From assembly GCA_045644805.1 (NCBI GenBank), contig JAZRHO010000036.1, forward strand, positions 2,504 through 66,503: a stretch of 64,000 nucleotides of DNA, read 5' to 3'. The notes below the pieces were generated by a model. It searched no databases, was not told where the DNA came from, and saw nothing but the letters and a program-made list of their open reading frames with translations. Below are positions 47,759 through 56,940 of the stretch, one piece after another. The DNA comes from Eubacteriales bacterium. Its GTDB lineage: Bacteria > Bacillota > Clostridia > Oscillospirales > CAG-272. A program made the position numbers and the translations under genes. Within the stretch, counting starts at the first letter, position 1. Every line of letters begins with the position of its first letter.

Positions 47759-48010
47759 AATCCCCCTTTCAAGACAAAATTTAGTGTAAACTTTTATTTA
47801 CCTTTCGAAATATTCGCGTGAGAGCGACTCTTTTTCTAAAATTATTTTTCCGTCCAAAAAAACGCTCTGTATTAAGAATTATAGCACAAAAATGCCCGAA
47901 AGTCAACACGCGTTCGAAATTCTCACTTTTGTGGAGTGGCATAGGACACCTGTGTTTACCGCTATGTGAGAATTCTATTTTTGATAGAAACAGGTTGAGA
48001 GCTTAAACTA

Positions 48011-48039
48011 TTGACCTCGATGTCCTTTTGTGCTAAACT
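48011..48039 (+). promoter_or_regulatory. Sigma-A type promoter (extended -10) for the acyltransferase/GT8 operon
   Basis: TTGACC (48011-48016), a 17-bp spacer ending in TGC, then TAAACT (48034-48039). Confidence 0.45.
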
Positions 48040-48074
48040 CTCACCAAAAAAGAAAAACAAGCGGAGGATGTATT

Positions 48075-48854
48075 ATGAGTAAATATCCTAAAAAAACAGA
48101 ATATTTTTCATCCTTTTCGCAGGACTTTGACCATGGTGCGTTCCCCGAGAAAAAAACAGACGGAAATTATAACTACGAAAAAAGCTCTTTTTCTTTTCGC
48201 GTGTTGCGTTTCTTCCTTTACCGCATCATAGCAACGCCTGCCGCCCTCATCTATACCCGCATAATCCTTCGCGACAAAGTATACGGGAAAGAAAAACTCC
48301 GCAAATTCAAAAAGCAGGGATATTTCATTTATGCAAACCATACTCGCGCGGCGGCAGATGCATTCTCACCCAACACAGCGATATTTCCGAAGCGCGGACA
48401 TATAATCGTCAGCTCAAAAAACTTATCTATACCTGTCCTGGGAAGGCTTATTCCGTACCTTGGAGCGATTCCCATTCCGACAGAGAGGTCGGCTGTCAGA
48501 AATTTTTCACGCGCCATAGAAAACAAAATCAAAAGCTCGGATGCCGTAATCATATATCCCGAAGCTCACCTTTGGCCGTTTATGAAGGACCTGCGCCCAT
48601 TTGACGCTTCAAGCTTTATTTATCCGATAAGAACGGCAGCGCCCGTCTTTACGCTTACCAGAACGTATAAAAAGACAAAAAGGGGATATCGCTGCGAGCT
48701 CTATATAGATGGCCCCTTCTTCCCCGACGCCTCACTTTGCCCGGGGCAAGCGAAAGAAAAGCTTCTGGAAGAGGTAAGGTCGTCTATGGAGCATGGATGC
48801 GCCCTTTCGGATATAGAGGTTATACGTTATGAAAAAAGGAGTGATACAGAGTGA
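48075..48854 (+). CDS. PlsC-like (lysophospholipid) acyltransferase family protein
   Basis: Start set at ATG 48075 with GGAGGA upstream. It has an LPLAT-like block YANHTRAAADAF (a variant of NHx4D) and IIYPEAHLWP. Confidence 0.6.
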   Translation: MSKYPKKTEYFSSFSQDFDHGAFPEKKTDGNYNYEKSSFSFRVLRFFLYRIIATPAALIYTRIILRDKVYGKEKLRKFKKQGYFIYANHTRAAADAFSPNTAIFPKRGHIIVSSKNLSIPVLGRLIPYLGAIPIPTERSAVRNFSRAIENKIKSSDAVIIYPEAHLWPFMKDLRPFDASSFIYPIRTAAPVFTLTRTYKKTKRGYRCELYIDGPFFPDASLCPGQAKEKLLEEVRSSMEHGCALSDIEVIRYEKRSDTE

Positions 48855-49669
48855 CAGATATAAAAATACTGATGTGCGGTAACAAAAACGTTTTCCGCGG
48901 TATGCTTCTTGGGGTTCTTTCGATTACAAAATATAACAAAGACCCTATAACTCTTTATATAGGCACAATGGACCTATGCGATAAGGACAGCCGTTATCTC
49001 CCGATAAGCGAGGATATGCGAGCGATGCTCGAAAAGATACTGAAAAGCGCAAACCCCGATTCTCGCGCGCAGCTTCTCGATTTTTCGGAAAGCTTCCGCC
49101 GTGAGCTTATAAACAGTAAGAATTTATCTACCGATTACACTCCGTACGCTATGATAAGGCTATTTGCCGATGAAATAGACGGTGTGGGCGATAAGCTTTT
49201 GTATCTTGATACAGACGTTCTGTTCAATGGTGACGTCCGCGAGCTTTACGATATCAATATAGAAAATTACCACCTTGCGGGAGCAAGAGATTTCTTCGGC
49301 AAATTCTTCTTTTCTCCAAAATACCTCAATTCGGGAGTTTTGCTTTTTAATATGCCCATGATGATAAGAGACGGGGTATTTAAGAAATGCAGAGTTCTTT
49401 GTAACAACAAAAAAATGCTTTTATTTGACCAACACGCTCTGAATAAATACGCAAAAAGAAAGCTCATTTTAAACAGACGCTTTAACGAACAGCATAAAAC
49501 GTTTGAAAACACCCTCGTACGCCATTTTGCCATGACTATCAAGTGGTTTCCGTATTTTCATACTGAGACGGTCAAGCCGTGGCAGACGGAGCTTGTCCGA
49601 GGTAAACTCTGCGACCGCTCGTTTGACGATATTTTAGACGAGTATGAAAGGAATTATCAAAATTTATGA
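48851..49669 (+). CDS. Glycosyltransferase family 8
   Basis: 272-aa ORF with a GTG start overlapping the upstream stop (GTGA). It carries the DxD motif YLDTDVLF and NSGVLLFN. Confidence 0.8.
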   Translation: MTDIKILMCGNKNVFRGMLLGVLSITKYNKDPITLYIGTMDLCDKDSRYLPISEDMRAMLEKILKSANPDSRAQLLDFSESFRRELINSKNLSTDYTPYAMIRLFADEIDGVGDKLLYLDTDVLFNGDVRELYDINIENYHLAGARDFFGKFFFSPKYLNSGVLLFNMPMMIRDGVFKKCRVLCNNKKMLLFDQHALNKYAKRKLILNRRFNEQHKTFENTLVRHFAMTIKWFPYFHTETVKPWQTELVRGKLCDRSFDDILDEYERNYQNL

Positions 49670-50628
49670 AAGAACAGATAAACATATTTTTCGCATCGGA
49701 TGACAGGTATCTGCCATATCTCGGTATTGCGCTCTCTTCTCTCTCGGAGCACTCAAGCAGCTCTTACGTTTACAACGTAAACATTCTGACAGCGAATTTC
49801 GCGGAAGACAATCTCGAAGAGATAAAAAAGATAGTTAAGCCGAATATTCGAGTATCTGTTTTTAACATTGACGAAAAAATAAACTCTTTCCGTGAAAAGC
49901 TCTCGCTGCGTCTTCGCGACTACTACTCGGAATCAATATATTACAGAATGTTTATTCCGTCGCTGTTTCCCGATATTGAAAAAGCCGTATATCTTGACTC
50001 CGATATAGTTCTTTGCGACGACGTTGCCAAGCTTTTCCTTCTTGACATAGGTGAAAATCTTCTCGGCGCTGTAACAGACGAATCGGTAATATGCGAACCT
50101 GTATTTTGCAACTACGTAAAGCGCCATATAGGTCTTTCGCTCGCAGATGAATATTTCAATTCGGGCGTTCTTCTGATGAATCTTAAGAGAATGAGAGATT
50201 CGGATATTGAAGGGAAATTCATTCATCTGCTTGATAGGTATAATTTTAACACGGTTGCTCCTGACCAGGATTATCTTAACTTCTTATGCCGCGGAAAAAT
50301 ATACTATCTTCCCTCGGGCTGGAACAAGCATCCGATTCCGGGCAGAGAAATTTCAAAGAACGATCTCCATATTATGCATTACAATATGTTTAACAAGCCC
50401 TGGCACTACGATGGAGTTCCAGACAGCGATTTATTCTGGGACGAGGCAAAGAAAACCCCATTCTATGAGCAAATGATTGCAGAAAAAGAAAATTACAAGG
50501 ACGAGGACAGATCCGCTGACATAGCAGGCGCAAAAAGGCTCGTCGACAGCGCAAAGGAAATTTTTGAGCACGGAGAAAGCATATCCGAATCCATCGAAAA
50601 AGAATATTTCCAATCTGTGCGCATCTAG
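49666..50628 (+). CDS. Glycosyltransferase family 8
   Basis: 320-aa ORF whose start overlaps the upstream stop (ATGA). It carries YLDSDIVL, NSGVLLMN and PDQDYLN. Confidence 0.85.
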   Translation: MKEQINIFFASDDRYLPYLGIALSSLSEHSSSSYVYNVNILTANFAEDNLEEIKKIVKPNIRVSVFNIDEKINSFREKLSLRLRDYYSESIYYRMFIPSLFPDIEKAVYLDSDIVLCDDVAKLFLLDIGENLLGAVTDESVICEPVFCNYVKRHIGLSLADEYFNSGVLLMNLKRMRDSDIEGKFIHLLDRYNFNTVAPDQDYLNFLCRGKIYYLPSGWNKHPIPGREISKNDLHIMHYNMFNKPWHYDGVPDSDLFWDEAKKTPFYEQMIAEKENYKDEDRSADIAGAKRLVDSAKEIFEHGESISESIEKEYFQSVRI

Positions 50629-50646
50629 ATAAAAGGAGTTAACAAA

Positions 50647-51525
50647 ATGACAGATATTGAAAAAATATCACGCGAGCGTCGCCTTGTCATTGAAAATATA
50701 GCAAACGCAGCAGCCGAGGGTGACACGTTTAAAAAGACAGAGCTCGGTGACCCGCAGCTTTCCGATGACGATATAAAAAAGGTAATACTCGGATTTGACA
50801 ACATGCGCAAATCCGCCGCAGCAAAGGTAAAAGCTCATATAGCGCGCCGCCTTGCCGAGAGCCTTACAAAAAAGGTTAATCAGCGCACGTCAATTGTCGG
50901 AGTTGAAAATGCCTTATCTGTGAGCGGCAGCGCGATAATTACCTCAAATCACTATGCCCCTACCGACTCAACTCCTATACGTATGCTTGCTGAAATATGC
51001 GATAAAAGAAAAAAGCTCCATATCATAGTCCAGGAAAGCAACGTTTTTATGACGGGACTTTTCGGTTTTCTTATGAAAAACTGCAACACGCACCCCGTGT
51101 CAAAAAATAAAGAATATACGGTAAGGAATTTAAAGCCTTGCGTTGAGAATATACTTAAAGATGATAACTTTCTTCTCATATACCCGGAGCAAGAAATGTG
51201 GCGCAACTACAAAAAACCCCGTATGCTTCGCGACGGAGCTTATTATTGGGCAGCCTATTACGGCGTACCGATTATTCCGACCTTTACAGAAATGACGACC
51301 TTGCAGGGAGAGCGTGACTCTGACGGATTCCTTCCTATTAGGCACACTCTTCATGTAGGCAATCCGATATACCCGAATCCTAATCTCTCAGTTCATGAAA
51401 ACCGTGATATTATGCAAATAAAAGATTACAATTTTAAGAAATTTGTTTACGAAGAAGCATACAAGATTCCCTTAAGCGACGATTTTGTTCCCGAACGCGA
51501 TATTGCAGGTGTCGCTTATTTATGA
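50647..51525 (+). CDS. PlsC-like (lysophospholipid) acyltransferase family protein
   Basis: 292-aa ORF with an RBS (AAAGGAG) upstream. It has the NHx4D motif TSNHYAPTDS and IYPEQEMW. Confidence 0.7.
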   Translation: MTDIEKISRERRLVIENIANAAAEGDTFKKTELGDPQLSDDDIKKVILGFDNMRKSAAAKVKAHIARRLAESLTKKVNQRTSIVGVENALSVSGSAIITSNHYAPTDSTPIRMLAEICDKRKKLHIIVQESNVFMTGLFGFLMKNCNTHPVSKNKEYTVRNLKPCVENILKDDNFLLIYPEQEMWRNYKKPRMLRDGAYYWAAYYGVPIIPTFTEMTTLQGERDSDGFLPIRHTLHVGNPIYPNPNLSVHENRDIMQIKDYNFKKFVYEEAYKIPLSDDFVPERDIAGVAYL

Positions 51526-51559
51526 CGTACTTTCTCGCGGACGATTTCCAATAGAAGAA

Positions 51560-51589
51560 GGCAGATGAACGAATTTATGTTCATCTGCC
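51560..51589. terminator. Bidirectional terminator between the GT8 operon and spoVM
   Basis: GGCAGATGAAC (51560-51570) pairs with GTTCATCTGCC (51579-51589). CTTTT follows on the plus strand and TTCTTCT on the minus strand. Confidence 0.65.
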
Positions 51590-51599
51590 CTTTTAACTA

Positions 51600-51671
51600 T
51601 TATTTTACACCGAAAATCTTTTTAAGCAAAGGTGTTAAAAATTTTGGTGAACGTATAAGTATAATCTTCAT
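51600..51671 (-). CDS. spoVM: Stage V sporulation protein M (23-aa amphipathic peptide)
   Basis: Too small for the ORF track. The minus-strand ATG at 51671 is preceded by GGAAGG 8 nt upstream. It encodes MKIILIRSPKFLTPLLKKIFGVK-stop. B. subtilis SpoVM is MKFYTIKLPKFLGGIVRAMLGSFRKD, so M1, K2, I6, the PKFL block and the later Gly are shared. Confidence 0.7.
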   Translation of the reverse strand: MKIILIRSPKFLTPLLKKIFGVK

Positions 51672-51863
51672 TCGTATACCTTCCCTTGGCTTATGCAAAA
51701 AGGATGAGAGGAATCTCCTCGGTACAGTATATGAAGCAAATTTAAAAAAGTTAATTCAAGATACGCACGCATCACGTATTTTTTATTTCTATAAAGGTAA
51801 GACGGAAAACGCAAAAGTTCAACACCTTTTATATGCTAAACATTATATTAAGATACCGTCCGA

Positions 51864-54017
51864 CTACGCACTCCTTGTTCTTTCGGTCCTTAAAACAAGC
51901 ACCGTCATATCGTCGTCTCCCTTGCCGTTTGCTTTTGCTTCGGAAAGTATCATATCAGCATACTCCGAAAGCTCGGCGGGGGCAGGTCTATTTAGGAGGT
52001 CTATAAGCCACGAGGCGTCCTCGCCTATCTGGCACACACCGTCGGAGACCATAATTATATAGTCATCCTCGCTGACGTTTACCGCAATTTTTTCAGCATC
52101 GACCTGTTTTATAAAGCCAAGCGGCATAGTTTCTGATTTTATTCTGAAAAGAGAGCCGCCGCGCTTTATAAATGACGGAGCAGCACCGCTTTTTATAAAG
52201 GTTGCCTCGCCGTTTATTTCATCGAACGAAAAAAGGTCAACCGTCGCACCGCACTCCTCTTTATTTCTTCTCACTATCGCATTGAGCATATGCATAACCG
52301 TAGTATGCAGGTTTCCTACGTTTAACGCGTCTTTTAAAAAATCGCGGACAAATTCTGAAGTTCTCTTTGCCTCGACCCCGCTTCCCATCCCGTCGGAAAT
52401 TAACCCATATGCAAACATTTCTTTACTTTCAAAAACATCAGCGGTGTCTCCACTGACTTCTCCGCTTGAGCCGGCGCTTTTAGAATATGCTCCCTTGAGC
52501 TGATATTTTTTCGTGCTCTCACATTCCATAAGCACCATATCCGCACGTCTGAAATATTCGGGGGCGGCAAACTTAAGCCCCGACGCCTCCTCGATGCTTC
52601 TTCTGAGAAGGGGCGAGGTTATTTTTATTCCCTCTTTATCCTCGCCAGAGCAAATAACGTACTTTTGTCTTGTGCCGAACGCTCTTATAACACCCTCGGT
52701 GAAGCCGCACTCAGCAAATGCTATCTCAAGCTCGTCGGTAAGCGCCTCATCCATTTCTCGGTCTCGGAGAACCGAATTTTTTGCTTCGTTTAGAAGCTTT
52801 GAAAAAATCGTATATGTTTCGGTCATTATCTCGTTTTCAATAAACGTATCAATTTTGGGAACGAGAGAGGATACGACGCTCTCAACGGTTTCTATCGACA
52901 GTGCCTTTTTACTCCTATATGACAGTGCCATAGTTCCAACCATATCTGTCGCCTTGCGTTTTACGCTCTCACTTACATCCTCACTGCTCTCGCGCTCAAA
53001 ATAACGAAAAAGCGGCATCATAATGCAAAGGCTTATGATAAATTCGGGAAAAACAGTGAGAAAACCCGACACGCCATCGGCGTAAGCCCCCCAAGCAGAG
53101 AGTAAGAGTCCTCCACCCGCAACGGCATACCACGTACCGAAAACAAACAGTGCCCCAGCGCAAACTCCGAGAAGCGCAAAGGCAACAGAGTAAAGCCCCG
53201 ATATACCCACGCTCGACACAAAGCCTACCACGGCACCGTATAGCGAGCCAAACCGCTTTGCCGCAAAAAGAGTTATTACCGAAGCGAAAATCAGGCTTAA
53301 ATCAATTCCGAAAATTCCGTATTTTTCAAGGCTCACCGATGTGAGCAATATAAACGACAGCACAGAAGCCTTAAACAATGCCAGCCTCAATTTATCACGA
53401 GAATCAGCCGAGACGCTGAATATCCGCTTGCCCCCGAACACCAGCTCTCTTACTCCTATATTGACATAGAACGCGCCCGACAAAATAAGCGTCACTATTC
53501 CCGGCAAAATCACCATAGATACACCGAAAAGAACAGTCTGCGCGCTTATACCCTCAAGCAGTATTTCATAAATTGCGGCAACAAATCCGCTTATTACCGC
53601 ACTGCACACGCGAAGAATTACCCCCTCGGAAAAAAGAACCGACACTCTCGCTCCCTCTCCATCTCTTTTTTCTCCGCCAGATATAATTACGCGAAGAAAC
53701 ACCGCAAGCACGCATATCATACCGTAAATTATTCCCGCCCGTCCCAGTGTGAGCGAACCGCATACCGCACCGAGAAGCGCAAACCAGACAGAATACGGAA
53801 GAGCGCTTACAAGCGCAAGGCCTAATGGATAGGAGCCAAAGATTAAATGACACCCGCCAAAAAGGAATCCTATCAACGCCGCGCCGAGATTCAGCCATAT
53901 GCGCAAATTTCCGCTCGCCTCACACCCCTCCGTAAGAGTCTTTTTTTCATTTTCGGTGTTTGCCGCACCGAAAAAGTATGGGTGCTTTTTTGTTTTTTCC
54001 TTTCTTTTAACGTCCAT
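51864..54017 (-). CDS. spoIIE: Stage II sporulation protein E (membrane PP2C phosphatase)
   Basis: Multi-TM N-terminal half plus a C-terminal PP2C domain (SGDTADVF, LISDGMGSG, MVSDGV). Start set at ATG 54017 with AAGGAG 6 nt upstream. The track start at 54086 is a TTG without an RBS. Confidence 0.9.
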   Translation of the reverse strand: MDVKRKEKTKKHPYFFGAANTENEKKTLTEGCEASGNLRIWLNLGAALIGFLFGGCHLIFGSYPLGLALVSALPYSVWFALLGAVCGSLTLGRAGIIYGMICVLAVFLRVIISGGEKRDGEGARVSVLFSEGVILRVCSAVISGFVAAIYEILLEGISAQTVLFGVSMVILPGIVTLILSGAFYVNIGVRELVFGGKRIFSVSADSRDKLRLALFKASVLSFILLTSVSLEKYGIFGIDLSLIFASVITLFAAKRFGSLYGAVVGFVSSVGISGLYSVAFALLGVCAGALFVFGTWYAVAGGGLLLSAWGAYADGVSGFLTVFPEFIISLCIMMPLFRYFERESSEDVSESVKRKATDMVGTMALSYRSKKALSIETVESVVSSLVPKIDTFIENEIMTETYTIFSKLLNEAKNSVLRDREMDEALTDELEIAFAECGFTEGVIRAFGTRQKYVICSGEDKEGIKITSPLLRRSIEEASGLKFAAPEYFRRADMVLMECESTKKYQLKGAYSKSAGSSGEVSGDTADVFESKEMFAYGLISDGMGSGVEAKRTSEFVRDFLKDALNVGNLHTTVMHMLNAIVRRNKEECGATVDLFSFDEINGEATFIKSGAAPSFIKRGGSLFRIKSETMPLGFIKQVDAEKIAVNVSEDDYIIMVSDGVCQIGEDASWLIDLLNRPAPAELSEYADMILSEAKANGKGDDDMTVLVLRTERTRSA

Positions 54018-54140
54018 GTGCTTCTCCTTCTTTGTTTTTCGGGTGAAAAATCCCGAATTTTTATCTTTTATATATTGTAAACTCAAAGCACGTATGGTTT
54101 TTGTCGTTTGCCGACGAATGAATATTATTGCTTTTTGACG

Positions 54141-54196
54141 AAAAAAAAGAGACGAAGGCTTTTTCCCTAAAAGCGGGTATATCCTTCGTCTTTTAT
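54141..54196 (-). terminator. Rho-independent terminator after the DUF711 gene
   Basis: GACGAAGG (54151-54158) pairs with CCTTCGTC (54183-54190). A T8 run follows on the minus strand. Confidence 0.7.
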
Positions 54197-54243
54197 ATGT
54201 TTTTTTGCGATATTTAAACGGAATATCCGTCTGCTTTTACAGG

Positions 54244-55602
54244 TTAGTTTCTCAAGGAATGTATCGGAGCGGGTATTCTTCCGCCTCTTTTGATGAATTC
54301 CTCGCAGGATTCACCGTGTATTTTCATAATCGGAGCGTAACCGAGAAGTCCGCCAAACTCGCAATACTCTCCTACACCCTTTCCGTGTACGGGGATAACC
54401 CTTACCGCTGTTGTCTTGTTGTTAACAACACCGATAGATATTTCATCGGCTATTATTCCCGAAATCGTAGATGCGCTGGTATCTCCCGGCACTGCGAACA
54501 TATCGAGTCCGACCGAACAAACAGCGGTCATTGCCTCAAGCTTTTCAATAGTAAGAGTACCCTTATCCGCAGCGGCTATCATACCTCTGTCCTCCGAAAC
54601 GGGAATAAATGCGCCCGAGAGTCCTCCAACGTGATTCGTAGCCATAACTCCGCCCTTTTTGACAGCATCGTTAAGGAGCGCAAGCGCGGCAGTTGTTCCG
54701 TGAGTACCCGTACATTCAAGGCCCATATTTTCAAGTATCTCTGCAACAGAGTCTCCCGCCGCAGGCGTCGGAGCTAACGAAAGGTCTACAATTCCGTAAG
54801 GCGCACCGAGTCTCTTTGCCGCCTCCGCAGCTATAAGCTGACCTACTCTGGTGATTTTAAACGCTATCTTCTTTATGGTTTCGGCAAGCACCGAGAAGTC
54901 GCAATGGCCGACCTCCTTTATAGCCGCCGCAACAACACCGGGACCGCTGACACCGACATTGATTACAGTATCAGGCTCGCCTATGCCGTGCACCGCTCCC
55001 GCCATAAAGGGGTTATCCTCAGGCATATTCGCAAAAACAACGAGCTTCGCGCAGCCTATCGAATCGCGCTCGCGAGTGAGGTAAGCCGTATCCTTGATTA
55101 TCTCGCCCATACGCTTTATGGCATCCATGTTAATGCCCGCCTTCGTTGTAGCAACGTTGACCGACGAGCATACGTGCTCCGTCTCCGTCATAGCCTGAGG
55201 TATAGACTCAATAAGAGCCGAAGCACCCTTAATAGCGCCCTTCTGAACGTGAGCCGAATAGCCTCCTATAAAGTTAACACCGAGAGTCTGCGCTGCGCGC
55301 TCGAGCACCTTGGCAAGACGGACAAAGCCATCGGAATTAAGTCCTGCTCCAACGTAAGAAATGGGCGTTACGCTTATTCTCTTGTTTACGATGGGAATTC
55401 CGTACGTCTTCTCAAGCTCCTCGCAGACGCTGACAAGATTCTTTGCGAGGGAGGTTATTTTATCGTATATTTTCTGTTCAAGACGGGAAGGGTCATCTGA
55501 TATACAGTCAAACAAAGATATACCCATAGTGACCGTTCTTATATCCAAATTTTCTTCTCTTATCATTCTGACTGTTTCGAGAATATCTCTTGTATTCAGC
55601 AT
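54244..55602 (-). CDS. UPF0210/DUF711 (PFL-like fold) protein
   Basis: 452-aa ORF starting [30 protein letters not shown], which is typical of UPF0210. Confidence 0.85.
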   Translation of the reverse strand: MLNTRDILETVRMIREENLDIRTVTMGISLFDCISDDPSRLEQKIYDKITSLAKNLVSVCEELEKTYGIPIVNKRISVTPISYVGAGLNSDGFVRLAKVLERAAQTLGVNFIGGYSAHVQKGAIKGASALIESIPQAMTETEHVCSSVNVATTKAGINMDAIKRMGEIIKDTAYLTRERDSIGCAKLVVFANMPEDNPFMAGAVHGIGEPDTVINVGVSGPGVVAAAIKEVGHCDFSVLAETIKKIAFKITRVGQLIAAEAAKRLGAPYGIVDLSLAPTPAAGDSVAEILENMGLECTGTHGTTAALALLNDAVKKGGVMATNHVGGLSGAFIPVSEDRGMIAAADKGTLTIEKLEAMTAVCSVGLDMFAVPGDTSASTISGIIADEISIGVVNNKTTAVRVIPVHGKGVGEYCEFGGLLGYAPIMKIHGESCEEFIKRGGRIPAPIHSLRN

Positions 55603-55616
55603 ATTTCTCCTCCAAA

Positions 55617-55886
55617 TCAGATTTTGTGCATAGAATTAAAAATGTCCTCGTGCATAACACGGATATCGACACCGTTATCCTTGCCGACTCTTTGCATATT
55701 ATCGGCGAAGCTTGCAAAATCAACATTGAGGCCCGAAAGCTCAACGAGCATTATCATTGCAAAATATTCCTTCATAACGGTCTGACTGATATCTATTATG
55801 TTTGCACCGTATTTTGCGCACTGGGCACTCGCCAGCGCAATAATTCCTACTTTGTCTTTACCCGTAACGGTAATCACTGCTTTCAT
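55617..55886 (-). CDS. ACT-domain protein (UPF0237)
   Basis: Start set at [17 protein letters not shown] (ATG 55886). This small ACT protein is the usual partner of UPF0210. Confidence 0.8.
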   Translation of the reverse strand: MKAVITVTGKDKVGIIALASAQCAKYGANIIDISQTVMKEYFAMIMLVELSGLNVDFASFADNMQRVGKDNGVDIRVMHEDIFNSMHKI

Positions 55887-55975
55887 TTTTAACAATCCTT
55901 TCATAATCAAGCTTGTACTTTAAATTCATGATTATTTATTTTACTATATATTTTATGATTTTGCAATACTTTTGG

Positions 55976-56004
55976 TTGAATTTTTTATATTTGTGTGGTA
56001 GAAT
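55976..56004 (+). promoter_or_regulatory. Sigma-A type promoter (extended -10) for truB-addA
   Basis: TTGAAT (55976-55981), a 17-bp spacer ending in TGG, then TAGAAT (55999-56004). Confidence 0.5.
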
Positions 56005-56033
56005 AAAATATATTTGATTTAAGGAGACGGTCT

Positions 56034-56927
56034 ATGAAAAGCGGAATCGTCGTACTAAAAAAAGAAGAAGGTATTACCTCGCAAGGAGCTACGAACCGTG
56101 TAAAACGTCTTTTTGGCGCAAAAAAAGCAGGTCACACGGGAACTCTTGACCCGTTGGCAACAGGAGTTTTGCCCATTCTCATTGAGCGCGCGGTCAAGGC
56201 AAGCGAATATATGCTTTCCTCGGATAAGTATTACAGAGCGACCTTAAGGCTTGGTATTACCACCGATACGGAGGATATTACCGGAAATGTTTTGACGGTG
56301 TCGGATATAACCCCCTCGGAAGAGGCTGTGCGTGCGGTGATAAGCTCCTTTGTGGGAGAAATATATCAAACTCCCCCAATGTACTCCGCACTTAAGATCG
56401 GAGGCAAGAAGCTTTGCGATATGGCAAGAGCGGGTGTGACTGTCGAGCGCGAAGCAAGACTCATAAACGTTCACGAAATAAAGGTCGAAAAAATCGACGC
56501 CTTGCGCTATTTCCTCGACGTTCATTGCTCAAAGGGTACTTATATACGCACGCTTTGCGCAGATATAGGGGCAAAACTCGGCACGGGTGCCGTTATGGAG
56601 ACTCTCGAAAGAACAAAGGCTTCTGTATTTACTCTTTCCGACGCGCACACGCTATCAGAGATAGAAGCGATGAGCGAAAAAGAAAGAGAGGCACTTATTA
56701 TTCCGACAGAGCGCATCTTCGAGTCTTACCCCGCCGTAACGCTCGCTCCCTTCTTTGCAAAACTCGCTCATTCCGGACTTGAAATTTATCTTAAAAAAAT
56801 AGGGGTATCTTTTCCCCTAGGTACACTCGTAACTCTTTATGATGAAAAGGGATTTTTTGCCCTCGGAGAGGTGCGTGAATTTGACACGGAACTCGCAATA
56901 AAGCCTATAAAGCAATTCAATATCTGA
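56034..56927 (+). CDS. truB: tRNA pseudouridine(55) synthase
   Basis: 297-aa ORF with the GHTGTLDPLATGVLPI catalytic-Asp motif. Confidence 0.9.
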   Translation: MKSGIVVLKKEEGITSQGATNRVKRLFGAKKAGHTGTLDPLATGVLPILIERAVKASEYMLSSDKYYRATLRLGITTDTEDITGNVLTVSDITPSEEAVRAVISSFVGEIYQTPPMYSALKIGGKKLCDMARAGVTVEREARLINVHEIKVEKIDALRYFLDVHCSKGTYIRTLCADIGAKLGTGAVMETLERTKASVFTLSDAHTLSEIEAMSEKEREALIIPTERIFESYPAVTLAPFFAKLAHSGLEIYLKKIGVSFPLGTLVTLYDEKGFFALGEVREFDTELAIKPIKQFNI

Positions 56928-56940
56928 AAGGAGTGCCGCT

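Noticed and set aside
47918-47974. The inverted repeat AATTCTCAC..(39 nt)..GTGAGAATT followed by CTATTTTT, upstream of the acyltransferase/GT8 operon. It could be a riboswitch, attenuator or sRNA terminator.
   Set aside because: It lies upstream of the best promoter candidate (48011-48039), has a large unstructured loop, and matches no riboswitch class I know. The evidence is insufficient.
47818-48006. A 62-aa plus-strand ORF in the intergenic region between the XRE-TM gene and the acyltransferase operon.
   Set aside because: It has a GTG start without an RBS, basic low-complexity sequence, and overlaps the inverted repeat. It is unlikely to be coding.
51565-52062. A 165-aa plus-strand ORF covering the spoVM region and the 3' end of spoIIE.
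   Set aside because: It runs through a terminator hairpin and antisense to spoVM and spoIIE, and it has no RBS or motifs. It is spurious.
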